A DNA stretch of 64,000 nt, from positions 134,678-198,677 of the forward strand of contig CAYMPH010000004.1 of NCBI GenBank assembly GCA_964392365.1, written 5' to 3'. Position numbers and translations under genes: made by a program. Positions 9,635-19,065 of this stretch are shown here, one piece after another. The first letter of the stretch is position 1. Each line of letters begins with the position of its first letter. Under the pieces are notes generated by a model that had not been told where the DNA came from, did no database searches, and saw nothing but the letters and a program-made list of their open reading frames with translations. This DNA is from an uncultured Leptospirales bacterium (GTDB taxonomy: Bacteria; Spirochaetota; UBA4802; UBA5550).

Positions 9635-9893
9635 ACTTTTGTTCCTCCTTACTGAAATAATTAAACAGTTACTTAACTCTTCCGCCTGCAGCCTGATATT
9701 AATCTGCACAGTTTGATAAATAATCCTGAAAAAAAATAGAACTTAAAGGTTAGTACTTTGTAAATTCAGCAAAAATTTAATTTTTTGTCATCCCAGTGAA
9801 AACGGGGATCCAGAATTCAGAAATGGATTCACCCGAGGGTGCAGGCCATCGCCTGCGCGGGAATGACAGTTTGTATTCAAATCGAATCCGGAA

Positions 9894-10442
9894 CTATATA
9901 TAACAGTTCCAGAAATCTCCTTTTTTTACAGCCCTTATAATTGAATCTTTGTCCCTGTCAGTATCCATCTCGATCCAGGCTCTTCCAATGTTGATATTAT
10001 CATGCGAATCATCAGAAGCAATTCTGGGATACCCCCAGTCTATATCATCGAAAACGCTTTCCCTGAATCCCTTAGAGGTTATTTCAACTGCATCAATCGG
10101 ATAAAGTTTTGAAAGGTCTTCAAGTCTTGATTTGACCTGTTCAACTGAAAGATCATATTCTCCAATATGATTAAAAATATGCAGGACCTCGTTATCTCCC
10201 TCGATCCGGTTAACGTGTACATATCCTTTTACAAAAACTGTCAGTTCCAAACCGTAAAATAAAATCATCCTGGTACTTACACTATTCAATGCACTCCGGT
10301 AATCCGCTTTCAGCAGATAATCATGATCTGTCACAGCGATAAAATCATAACCCAGACTTTCGTATGCATCAGCCATCTCCTGCGGAGTCAGCTTTCCGTC
10401 CGAAAACGACGTATGAGAGTGAAGACAGCCTCTTAGAATCAA
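9894..10442 (-). CDS. PHP-domain metal-dependent phosphoesterase
   Basis: 182 aa ORF with the N-terminal HSHTSFSDG motif and later His/Asp clusters typical of PHP phosphoesterases. Confidence 0.7.
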   Translation of the reverse strand: MILRGCLHSHTSFSDGKLTPQEMADAYESLGYDFIAVTDHDYLLKADYRSALNSVSTRMILFYGLELTVFVKGYVHVNRIEGDNEVLHIFNHIGEYDLSVEQVKSRLEDLSKLYPIDAVEITSKGFRESVFDDIDWGYPRIASDDSHDNINIGRAWIEMDTDRDKDSIIRAVKKGDFWNCYI

Positions 10443-10471
10443 TATATCCTCTATTCAGTTTCAAATAACAT

Positions 10472-10497
10472 TTATTGGTCGGATGTTCAACCAATAA
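10472..10497. promoter_or_regulatory. 27-nt palindromic element TATTGGTCGGATGTTCAACCAATAAAT, copy 1 (probable operator/promoter element about 30 nt upstream of the PHP gene start)
   Basis: Identical to the copy at 11951-11977. Inverted 7-nt arms TATTGGT/ACCAATA with a 10-nt spacer. Confidence 0.5.
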
Positions 10498-10569
10498 ATC
10501 AGTCTGTATAAAAAGTCAAGGAAAAAACACTAATTACTATTGAATATCAGATTTACTTAACTTTATGTG

Positions 10570-11232
10570 CTACATCATTGCTATTAATTTATCAGAAATA
10601 ATAAGATCAGCATCAGTTAATGACCTGATCTCTTCTATATTTGTTGATGAATGAATTTCTGTTAAAATCAGACCTTTCCCGTTTATAATCATTACACCCA
10701 GCTCTGTTACGATCATGCTTACTTTGCCTTTAGCTGTTATCGGAAGTGTGCATTTTTTAAGAATCTTTGACTTCCCGCCTGCTGTATGAGTAGTAGCAAC
10801 AATAACTTTTTTTGAACCTGCAGCAAGATCCATTGCACCGCCTATACCAGGAGTTTTTTTACCCGGAATTATCCAGTTGGCAAGATTCCCATCCTGGTCA
10901 ACCTCCAGAGCCCCCAGAACGGTAATATCTATATGACCTCCTCTAATTAAAGAAAACGAAAGTGACGTATCAAAAATTGCACCATGTGAAAGAACTTCAA
11001 CATGCTGTCCTCCTGCGTTGGTAATATTTGAATTAATTCTATCACCCTTAACAATCTCCCCCATTCCGGTTAAACCGTTTTCTGAAAAAATTGTAACTTC
11101 AACTTTTGGAGGAATATAATTTGAAACAAGCGACGGCAGGCCAATTCCAAGATTTACAGTCTGCCCGTCTTTCAGTTCCCTGCCTATTCTTTTAGCGATA
11201 ATTTCCTGAGCCATATTTTTATCTGTTATCAT
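10570..11232 (-). CDS. atoA: 3-oxoacid CoA-transferase subunit B (acetate/butyrate-acetoacetate CoA-transferase beta)
   Basis: 220 aa ORF with [10 protein letters not shown]...[19 protein letters not shown] typical of the AtoA/ScoB family. Confidence 0.85.
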   Translation of the reverse strand: MITDKNMAQEIIAKRIGRELKDGQTVNLGIGLPSLVSNYIPPKVEVTIFSENGLTGMGEIVKGDRINSNITNAGGQHVEVLSHGAIFDTSLSFSLIRGGHIDITVLGALEVDQDGNLANWIIPGKKTPGIGGAMDLAAGSKKVIVATTHTAGGKSKILKKCTLPITAKGKVSMIVTELGVMIINGKGLILTEIHSSTNIEEIRSLTDADLIISDKLIAMM

Positions 11233-11241
11233 ATCAGCACC

Positions 11242-11898
11242 CTACTTTTTCCCTTCGATTACATAATCAACCACAACACCAGGAGTTACAAAATTTTCCG
11301 GTTCAATATCTCCGAATTCTACAATATTTTCAGCCTGCACAATTACAGTGTCTGCAGCCAAAGCCATAGTCGGATTATAATTTCTTGATGTGCCGAAATA
11401 TCTCGTATTCCCGTATGGGTCAACCTCGCTGCCTCTGATCAGAGCTACGTCTGCGCGAAGCGGCAGCTCAAGAATATAATCCTTCCCGTCAATTTCAACT
11501 TTCCGTTTTCCATCCTCAACAAGAGTGCCAAGGCCAATCTGGGTAAGCACACCGCCGAGACCTGCTCCGCCTGCGCGTATTCTTTCTATAAGAGTTCCCT
11601 GAGGATTGAATTCAACTTCCATGGATTTATCATTATAACGCTTAATAGCTTCAGGATTGGTTCCGAGATGAGTTGTTATATATTTTTTTATTCTTCCAGC
11701 AGCAATAAGACGCCCTATTCCGCGCTCAACATAAGATGAATCATTGCCTATAACTGTGAGATTTGCCAGTCCCATATCAATCATTAGATCAATAATATTT
11801 TCCGGAGTTCCGACTCCAAGAAAACCGCCAATCATGACTGTCATCCCGTCTTTTAAAAAAGGCTTAATGCCCTCGATATCGGTAATTTTGTTTTTCAT
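11242..11898 (-). CDS. atoD: 3-oxoacid CoA-transferase subunit A (acetate/butyrate-acetoacetate CoA-transferase alpha)
   Basis: 218 aa ORF with DGMTVMIGGFLGVGTPENII...RGSEVDPYGN typical of the AtoD/ScoA family. SD AGGAGAG. Confidence 0.85.
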   Translation of the reverse strand: MKNKITDIEGIKPFLKDGMTVMIGGFLGVGTPENIIDLMIDMGLANLTVIGNDSSYVERGIGRLIAAGRIKKYITTHLGTNPEAIKRYNDKSMEVEFNPQGTLIERIRAGGAGLGGVLTQIGLGTLVEDGKRKVEIDGKDYILELPLRADVALIRGSEVDPYGNTRYFGTSRNYNPTMALAADTVIVQAENIVEFGDIEPENFVTPGVVVDYVIEGKK

Positions 11899-11950
11899 AA
11901 TTCAACTCTCCTAACAAATTTAATAATAAACATCTGATCCTTTAAAATCA

Positions 11951-11977
11951 ATATTGGTCGGATGTTCAACCAATAAA
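11951..11977. promoter_or_regulatory. 27-nt palindromic element TATTGGTCGGATGTTCAACCAATAAAT, copy 2 (about 55 nt upstream of the atoD start)
   Basis: Exact repeat of 10472-10497. Confidence 0.5.
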
Positions 11978-12039
11978 TAAATCTGGAAAATATTCTATTA
12001 TTTAATAAATATTATTTTTTACCTTCTGAAGAAATAGTC

Positions 12040-13635
12040 TCAGATATTTTTTTTATTATTCATTTCCGCTTTTGGAATAAAGCTCATTGCCCTTTCGGCC
12101 AGTGCTGTAATCGTGAGACTCGGATTCACTCCTACGTTCGCTGAGATAGCTGAACCATCAACCACGAATATATCCGGATAACCGAAAAGACGGTTATTTG
12201 AATCTATAACGCCATTTGCTGATGACGAACCCATGTGACACCCGCCGAGAATATGGGCAGTAACAGAAAGATTGCCGATACTCTCGATAGTATTATTGAG
12301 CGGATGACCTCCACTGACTTCAGAAAGAACTTTTGCAGCGCGGTTGGCAATGCTTAAATTAGAAGGAGCTTCCTTACCTTTAATTCTGTGAGACTTCAGC
12401 CTTCTTTTAAGAAACAGTGCTGCAATTGTTCTTCCGTATGTAAATGCCACCTGGTTATCAAGGTGCTGCATTACTGTAAGCACTGTAATTCTCTTGTGCC
12501 AGTTGCGCGCGAACATAATTTTAAAAAATACATAGGGATTTGATATAATCTTAAAAAGAGATATAAGAGTACGTTTAAACGGATTATTATTATCCACCAG
12601 AGGTCCGAAGTAGAATCTCATAAACGAGTATCCTTTAGGAAAACGGTTCTGGGTGATATGCGTATGATCATCCGGGTAAAAATCGGAAGAAATTGTTGTG
12701 CCTTTTGAAAGGTCCAGATCTTTATCAGGAGAAAAACTTGCAACTATAGCTTCGCTGTTTGTGCGGACCACTTTTCCCGTTTCACGTGATATTTTTCTTA
12801 AAGATTTAGTAACATCGCGGCAGCGGAACAGCAGTTCAAGAGTTCCAAGAACGCCTCCGGCAATAACAATCTTTCCGCATTGCAAAGAAGGATACTTTCT
12901 TCCGCTTAGAGGGTCTTTTATCTGAAGCTCGTATCCTCCTTCAGAGAGAGGGGTGATGTTTACTACCTTACGGTTAGGCAGTATTGCTGCGCCGAGCTTC
13001 TGCGCGAGAAACAGATAATTTTTATCGAGAGTATTCTTTGAGCCGTGAGGACAGCCTGTTATGCATTCTCCGCAGTGATGGCATCCTTCGCGTGATGGCC
13101 CCTGACCTTTAAAAAAAGGATCTGCCTTCACAACTTTACTTTTTCCGAAATATATTCCATTACGGATTGGACCCCATGTCCTGCCTGCGCCCATGGCCTT
13201 TGCTGTTTTTTTCAGATTTTCATCCATCTCGCTTTGAGCTGGATTTATTTCTACTCCAAGCATGCGCTCTGCTGTTGCGTAGTGGGACTTAAGCTCTTTC
13301 ATCCAGTTCACTCCCAGACCGCTCCATGCAGGATCGCTGTAGAATGCATCTTTCGGACGAAGCAGAACAGCAGCATATACTATACTGCCTCCGCCGACGC
13401 CGGCTCCGCCGACTATTCCAATATGTTTATATAAAGGCTGCATAAAATATCCGCCAAGTCCAAGAGACGGCATCCAGAGGAGTCTTCTTAGATTGGTTGA
13501 AGCCTCCTCCATATCAGCAGGGCTTACCCACGATCCCTGCTCAACAATTGCTACCTTATAACCCTTTTCAGAAAGACGAAGAGCGCTGACACTTCCGCCG
13601 AAACCGCTGCCGATGATGATATAATCATAAATCAT
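12040..13635 (-). CDS. GMC-family FAD-dependent oxidoreductase (cholesterol-oxidase-like), paralog 1
   Basis: 531 aa ORF with the N-terminal FAD motif DYIIIGSGFGGSVSA, a CHHCGECITGCPHGSKNTLDKNYL segment, and a C-terminal GMC region HILGGCHMG. Confidence 0.75.
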   Translation of the reverse strand: MIYDYIIIGSGFGGSVSALRLSEKGYKVAIVEQGSWVSPADMEEASTNLRRLLWMPSLGLGGYFMQPLYKHIGIVGGAGVGGGSIVYAAVLLRPKDAFYSDPAWSGLGVNWMKELKSHYATAERMLGVEINPAQSEMDENLKKTAKAMGAGRTWGPIRNGIYFGKSKVVKADPFFKGQGPSREGCHHCGECITGCPHGSKNTLDKNYLFLAQKLGAAILPNRKVVNITPLSEGGYELQIKDPLSGRKYPSLQCGKIVIAGGVLGTLELLFRCRDVTKSLRKISRETGKVVRTNSEAIVASFSPDKDLDLSKGTTISSDFYPDDHTHITQNRFPKGYSFMRFYFGPLVDNNNPFKRTLISLFKIISNPYVFFKIMFARNWHKRITVLTVMQHLDNQVAFTYGRTIAALFLKRRLKSHRIKGKEAPSNLSIANRAAKVLSEVSGGHPLNNTIESIGNLSVTAHILGGCHMGSSSANGVIDSNNRLFGYPDIFVVDGSAISANVGVNPSLTITALAERAMSFIPKAEMNNKKNI

Positions 13636-13698
13636 ATTCGACCTCCAGATTATTTTCTGCCTTTCTTTGGTTAAAATTATCAGCCATAAACATTATTT

Positions 13699-14352
13699 TT
13701 ATAAGTTTGCTGATTGATCATTCAGCCAATCATTACATATCTGTTTAAATATCTTCACTGTCTGTTCAGCTGTATTTTCACGGGAACCGGAATTATCAAT
13801 TATTATTGATGCTTTCTTCTTCTTTTCCTCTATGCTGAACTGTGCAGAGACATTTTTTTCTGCAGTAATACGGTCAATTCTATCGCGTATCATCAGTCTT
13901 TCCACCTGCATTTCAACAGGGACATATACAACTATAGTTTTATTAAACAGCTTGTCCCATCCGGCTTCAAACAGCAGAGGCACGTCAATGATTACAGGCA
14001 TGCTGTTATCATTTAAACGGTACTGATCGAGCAGCTGATAAACCCTGTTGTTGATATGAGGATGCAGAATACCGTCCAGCAGTTTCCGTTTTTCGGGATA
14101 ATGAATTATTATATTTCTAAGGATTTCGCGGTTCAAAGATCCATCTGGATAAAGGACCTCTTCTCCAAATGCCTGTTTCACTTCTTCAAGACCCACATGA
14201 CCAGGTTCAACCACCTCTCTGGCTATAACATCTGTATCAATTATATGCCCGCCGAGATTTTTAAAAATACCTGCAACAAAAGATTTGCCTGTAGCTATAC
14301 TACCGGTAAGAGCCGGGCATTTTCTTGAAAATTTTATTGTTTCCTGGTTCAT
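13699..14352 (-). CDS. coaE: dephospho-CoA kinase
   Basis: 217 aa ORF with P-loop LTGSIATGKS and IIDTDVIAREVVEPG, the CoaE signature. Confidence 0.85.
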   Translation of the reverse strand: MNQETIKFSRKCPALTGSIATGKSFVAGIFKNLGGHIIDTDVIAREVVEPGHVGLEEVKQAFGEEVLYPDGSLNREILRNIIIHYPEKRKLLDGILHPHINNRVYQLLDQYRLNDNSMPVIIDVPLLFEAGWDKLFNKTIVVYVPVEMQVERLMIRDRIDRITAEKNVSAQFSIEEKKKKASIIIDNSGSRENTAEQTVKIFKQICNDWLNDQSANL

Positions 14353-14374
14353 AGTTTATTTTATTAAAAAGCTA

Positions 14375-14415
14375 AATTGGTCTAATATCCAAATTATTGG
14401 ACGTATGTCCAATAA
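14375..14415. promoter_or_regulatory. tandem ATTGG-N-CCAAT palindromes upstream of coaE (includes the perfect palindrome ATTATTGGACGTATGTCCAATAAT at 14392-14415)
   Basis: Same ATTGG...CCAAT architecture as the 27-nt elements at 10472 and 11951. Lies about 40 nt upstream of the coaE start codon. Confidence 0.45.
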
Positions 14416-14623
14416 TAAATGAATTTAATCATCTGCTTTATTTTGTCAAGAAGAAAAGAGGACTATATATAATATAAAATCAAAAAAAGTAAATTTATTT
14501 CAAACATGATTCACGAAAAATAAACTGGAAAAAAGCAGAAATCTCTCTTACTTTGAAAATTTTGATTTAATATAATCTGCATCATCAGGTATAACAATAC
14601 AGCAGTGCAAAAATATACAGAAA

Positions 14624-15058
14624 TTATTTCCATTTAAAAAAAGCTATGCAATTTAAAATTCCTACAGAAGAAGTTATTAATATAGTAAAATAAAGACCGC
14701 TGAAATTCCCGATAGCTGATACAATCTCTTCAGTTCTCAAATGCTGAAACAAGGTCATAATGTGAGCATATACAGAAAACACACAGACAATTGCTATAAG
14801 AAGATATACAGCACGTGATTTCATTCCCGCTATGTAAATAAAAATTGAAACTGCAAGCAGAACAGCTCCTTGTCCTCTTATTACATTATGAAGCATCTCA
14901 ACTGCTATATTAGAAAAACCGAGCTTTTCATATACAGCCGCAGGATTTTTAAACATGCTTTCGTGAAACTGTTTCGGCAAAAATGTCATTAAAACAGCTG
15001 TTACAGTATTAATTACCTGGAAAGACCAGAATGCGGAATGTTTTAAAATACGGTTCAT
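14624..15058 (-). CDS. hypothetical integral membrane protein (about 4 TM)
   Basis: 144 aa ORF, hydrophobic throughout. No recognisable motif. Confidence 0.5.
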   Translation of the reverse strand: MNRILKHSAFWSFQVINTVTAVLMTFLPKQFHESMFKNPAAVYEKLGFSNIAVEMLHNVIRGQGAVLLAVSIFIYIAGMKSRAVYLLIAIVCVFSVYAHIMTLFQHLRTEEIVSAIGNFSGLYFTILITSSVGILNCIAFFKWK

Positions 15059-15093
15059 ATCAACCTCTGAATTCTAAATTTCAATTTAAACTT

Positions 15094-15660
15094 TTATTTT
15101 TTTGACATTACTACCTTGAATAATACTGCATGCGCTGCAGCTGAAAAAACAACAGTGATTATCCACCATGACAATGGACTTGCCAGACCGTTAACCGTGA
15201 TAAAGTAAGCGCCATAAATCGAAAACAGAAACTGCAGGCTTGCCATGACAAGTCCGGGGTTCCACTCCCTGCGCTTGATCCCCTGAACAATGTGTGTTAG
15301 ACAATTTATGATACTAAAAACAACTATCAGCAGACCGAAACCTACATTATAAAATGAAAGGAGTCCGAATATAAAAAATGCAAACCACACTAAAATTATA
15401 TTTATCCAGAAAACTTTTATATCAGTCAGAGTTTCTTCGCCTGCAGGCAATTTATAGATAACATGGTTCATATAATTTTTAAAACCACCAGGCCAGTAGT
15501 GCTCTTCAAACTGGTGGAACAGGTAAAGAGGAATATTGATTAAAGCCCAGAACATTATATCAGATGGCCCGAACTGCCAGAACAGCAATGCTGCAGTTAT
15601 TATTCCCATCCAGGGTGTTATTTTTGCCCAGTTCTGTTTCGCTGCTAATTTTTTAATCAT
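15094..15660 (-). CDS. HXXEE-domain membrane protein
   Basis: 188 aa ORF with multiple TM segments and the HQFEEHYWPGG motif (HXXEE family). Confidence 0.6.
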   Translation of the reverse strand: MIKKLAAKQNWAKITPWMGIITAALLFWQFGPSDIMFWALINIPLYLFHQFEEHYWPGGFKNYMNHVIYKLPAGEETLTDIKVFWINIILVWFAFFIFGLLSFYNVGFGLLIVVFSIINCLTHIVQGIKRREWNPGLVMASLQFLFSIYGAYFITVNGLASPLSWWIITVVFSAAAHAVLFKVVMSKK

Positions 15661-15809
15661 TTATATTTTCCTGTAATTTTAATAAGTAATTTTTTCTTTC
15701 AAGGAAATTGCAATAAAATAATAAAAAGTATTATTCAAGCACCCTGTTTCCAGTAAATCATAATGTAACATAAAGCAAATGTAAATTCAATTTTCGGATA
15801 TTGGTTTTA

Positions 15810-16676
15810 TCATCTCTTTTCTTTATGAATTTTTTTGCCCAGCAGGGATTGAAGCACTGTTTCTTTATGGGTGTAATGCTTCCTGTTCTTATCAAAATAT
15901 ATTTCTTCAAGTTTCTGGTGAGAAAGAACAGGATTCATATCGCCGTCAATACATTCCCAGATGTAGAGTTTCTTTAACCCGGGCAGCTGTCTGATAAACT
16001 CAAGTGATTTGAATTTTGTAAAAAGTTCAAGTTCGGCAAGTGATTTACTGTAGAGCCAGGAAAAATCCGCCCATCCTGTATTTTCAACATTCAGAAATTC
16101 AAGTTTATTAATCTTGATTGGCCTGTCCGGTGTCTTTATTGCAGGCAGATTTTTCAAGGTGAGATGTTTTATTCCAGCCGGTATAAAAAGCCTTTCAAGC
16201 GAAACCAGTTTTGATGATGCATCGATTCTCACTTCCGATGCGGATAACCTTGCAATTTCGTCAGGCAATTCCGGATTCTTCCAGTTAATGAGGTAGAGCA
16301 TCCCGAGTGAATGAAGTTTATCCAGGCCTTTCAGGGAAGTACCCCTGGAGAGGACAAGCACGGTGAGCTTGCGGAACCTGGAGAAATCGAGAGGAATCCA
16401 TTCAGGAATGGTGAGTTCCTCGAGATCAGCCATGTCATAGAGGCAATCCAGGTTATCCTTAACAGGTGAAAGGTTTTCATCAAGGATCAGCCTGCGGATC
16501 CATTTCTTGCCCGCGAATACAGCCGGGTCAAATGTCAGATTTTTTGACCGATAATCAGTGGCAGAGATACAGACCGATGACATCCTGCCTGATGATGCGG
16601 CTGCAAGCCCTGCAGGAATGTGCAGGGGGTCTATTACGAAATAATCTGTTTCCGGGCGGTATTCATATTTTTTCAT
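15810..16676 (-). CDS. leucine-rich-repeat (LRR) domain protein
   Basis: 288 aa ORF with repeated LxxLxLxxN/C-type segments (LTVLVLSRGTSLKGLDKLHSLGMLYLINW..., LERLFIPAGIKHLTLKNLPAIK). Local GC is visibly higher than in surrounding genes. Confidence 0.55.
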   Translation of the reverse strand: MKKYEYRPETDYFVIDPLHIPAGLAAASSGRMSSVCISATDYRSKNLTFDPAVFAGKKWIRRLILDENLSPVKDNLDCLYDMADLEELTIPEWIPLDFSRFRKLTVLVLSRGTSLKGLDKLHSLGMLYLINWKNPELPDEIARLSASEVRIDASSKLVSLERLFIPAGIKHLTLKNLPAIKTPDRPIKINKLEFLNVENTGWADFSWLYSKSLAELELFTKFKSLEFIRQLPGLKKLYIWECIDGDMNPVLSHQKLEEIYFDKNRKHYTHKETVLQSLLGKKIHKEKR

Positions 16677-16849
16677 AAATTAATCCCCAATGATCTCATA
16701 AGATTTAATAAAATTGTGCGAACAGGCGATAACTCCACCGTGGTTATCGAGCGACTTGTAATGAGCCTTCCTGATCAATCCGAGATGCTAATCAGTTGAC
16801 ACATTGAAGTGAAGTCCGCTTGTCAGCCTATATTAATTAGAAATTTAAA

Positions 16850-18802
16850 TTAAAGATCTCGATACTCGGTAATCAAAATTGTAAAATCGTCCTCAAGGTT
16901 TTCAAGGTTAGTATATTTTCTTACATAATCATATACTGCCTGACACATTGCATCTGTTTCAAGACTGTAGTTCCTGCCTAAAAATTCAAAAAACCTGGCA
17001 TCACCAAGCAATTCTCCATTAGATTGAGCTTCAATAATACAATCTGAATACAGCAGAATTTTATCGCCGCGATTTATTGTTTTTTCGCAGGTTGCTATTT
17101 TTGTTTCAAAAGCATCACTTAAAAACCGTCCCCTTATAAGACATTCTTCAATAGTTCCATCTTTACGGATTATGATAGTAGATGGATGGCCTGCTCCTGC
17201 TATTAAAAGAGCACCTGTATTTATATCCAGATGGCAGGCTTGAGCAGTAATAAAATTGCCGCCGAGTTTATCTTTAATTGAAGCGTGGATTGTATTGAGA
17301 ATAGAAACCGGATCTTCAAGCTTATCACTCCACGTGTTCATGGCAATTTTAACCATAGATGCAGTAAGTGCTGCAGGCACCCCGTGTCCGGAAACATCAC
17401 CGATAAAAAGCCCGAGGTCGTTCCTCGTTTTCCTGTAATGAATATTTATAAAATCTCCTCCGATTGTACTCATAGGTACATACTTATATGCAATTCTAAT
17501 ATCAGCCGGAAGAGGAATTTTCCCAGGCAGCAATGATTCCTGTATCTGTCGGGCAAGGAGCAGTTCCCGGTTCATAGCTTCATGTTCTTTCTGTTTAATA
17601 AGAACTGCGCGGTCAGCCTTTTCATTTTCATTTTTTATTATATTTATGCGGTCAGCCAGGGCTAAGGCTAGCAAAGTGATTTCTATAACTGATCCGATGT
17701 ACGTACCATATTCGGAAATAAATGACCTCTGCATAAGGCCTGCACGGTTTAGAGCATGGATAATTATAAATGCTGCGTAAAATACCCATGCAATTATGAA
17801 AAATCTAGCCGGACGATAACCTCGAAACATCATATAAAATCCCAGGCACACTACAAATATAACATTCAATGGAAGGAGTATAGTATTAGTTCTGACAGAA
17901 AGGGAATATGATACAGTAAGTGATGCAATTATAAGAACAAAGAGCAGGGACGACAATACGGATGCTGTAATGAATAACATCCGTGAGGCTTTTTTTATAT
18001 TTAAAAATGCTATACAGAAAATTGTACCCCAGAAAACAGTAGTTGAAGTCCAGAAAGGATGACTTCGATTTGCCCACCACTGATGTTCAGGCCATAAAAA
18101 TTCATATGCGAATCCGCTCTGACTTAGCTGAAAAAACAGCATCGAAATAACATATAGCACATAGAATGCATAAGAGCTTTCTTTTGTTGATATATAAATG
18201 AAAAAATTATACAAGGCCATGATTATGAGGATTCCAAAGTATATTCCCATAACCAGATTCTCTATACGGTCATGTGAGTAAAATTCGCCGGCATGCCATA
18301 TTGTTGCCGGCAGCTGTATCTGGCTTTCGCTTTTTATCTTTAAAAATAGCGGTTGAGTATTTTTATGATGGATCTGAAAAATATAATTTCTGTGTAAAAT
18401 ATCCCTGTGTGAAAAGAGATAAGAATCGCCCGTTGTTTTAACCAGATATTTTCCACTTCCATCAGGGAAATACAGATCGATGCTGTCCAGCGGAGGATAG
18501 TTTATTACTAGAAGAAGATCCTCATTGCCGGGTTTTTCGCTAATGTCCAGTTTGAACCATATCGTAGAAGTGGTGTATCCGAAATTGGGTATTTCATCCG
18601 CTGCCGAAGAAAATTTATAAACTGGATTCTCCACGATAAGATTAGATATCTGAATTGTTCCTGACGGATCTTCAAGGACCCCTAAACGAAATGAAACGCT
18701 TCCCTGGGATGCTTTCACTTTTAGCGGGAATGCAATAAATACTGAAGTTATAAATAAAAAAAATATAATAACAGCAACAGTATTGCTGAATGTTTTTTTC
18801 AT
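16850..18802 (-). CDS. 7TMR-DISM receptor with intracellular PP2C/SpoIIE-type serine phosphatase domain
   Basis: 650 aa ORF with a signal peptide, an extracellular beta-rich region, 7 TM helices and a C-terminal PP2C motif (IGGDFINIHY...GLFIGDVSGHGVPAALTASMV). Confidence 0.8.
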   Translation of the reverse strand: MKKTFSNTVAVIIFFLFITSVFIAFPLKVKASQGSVSFRLGVLEDPSGTIQISNLIVENPVYKFSSAADEIPNFGYTTSTIWFKLDISEKPGNEDLLLVINYPPLDSIDLYFPDGSGKYLVKTTGDSYLFSHRDILHRNYIFQIHHKNTQPLFLKIKSESQIQLPATIWHAGEFYSHDRIENLVMGIYFGILIIMALYNFFIYISTKESSYAFYVLYVISMLFFQLSQSGFAYEFLWPEHQWWANRSHPFWTSTTVFWGTIFCIAFLNIKKASRMLFITASVLSSLLFVLIIASLTVSYSLSVRTNTILLPLNVIFVVCLGFYMMFRGYRPARFFIIAWVFYAAFIIIHALNRAGLMQRSFISEYGTYIGSVIEITLLALALADRINIIKNENEKADRAVLIKQKEHEAMNRELLLARQIQESLLPGKIPLPADIRIAYKYVPMSTIGGDFINIHYRKTRNDLGLFIGDVSGHGVPAALTASMVKIAMNTWSDKLEDPVSILNTIHASIKDKLGGNFITAQACHLDINTGALLIAGAGHPSTIIIRKDGTIEECLIRGRFLSDAFETKIATCEKTINRGDKILLYSDCIIEAQSNGELLGDARFFEFLGRNYSLETDAMCQAVYDYVRKYTNLENLEDDFTILITEYRDL

Positions 18803-18935
18803 CTGATTTAACCTACTGATAATTCAACAATAATAAATGATAAGGTATTTTTATAAAAGTAAATATTTAAATTCCAATTTACGATATAAAATCAAAAAGT
18901 CTTATAAAACACCTTGCCCTACAGGAGTCATAATG

Positions 18936-19008
18936 CAGCTTTTAGGAAGTTAAATTCAAGTAAAATTCTTGGTTTCCATTCTGCTAACAGCAAATATTAT
19001 TTAATTTC
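18936..19008. repeat. AT-rich intergenic repeat family, copy C, with blocks TTTAGGAAG, TAAATTCAAGTAAAATT and CTGCTAACAGCAAATATTATTTAATT
   Basis: The blocks recur at 47553-47633, 49220-49267 and 50618-50675. This copy lies in the 5' region of the 7TMR-DISM/PP2C gene. Confidence 0.55.
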
Positions 19009-19065
19009 CAGAAGATTTTCCATGTTTTACTAGTACGTTTTTGGGGACAGATCATCTGGTATAGC

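Noticed and set aside
10472-11977. Sigma-54 (-24/-12) promoter interpretation of the 27-nt palindrome
   Set aside because: The sequence does not fit TGGCAC-N5-TTGC. Its symmetry fits a dimeric regulator operator better.
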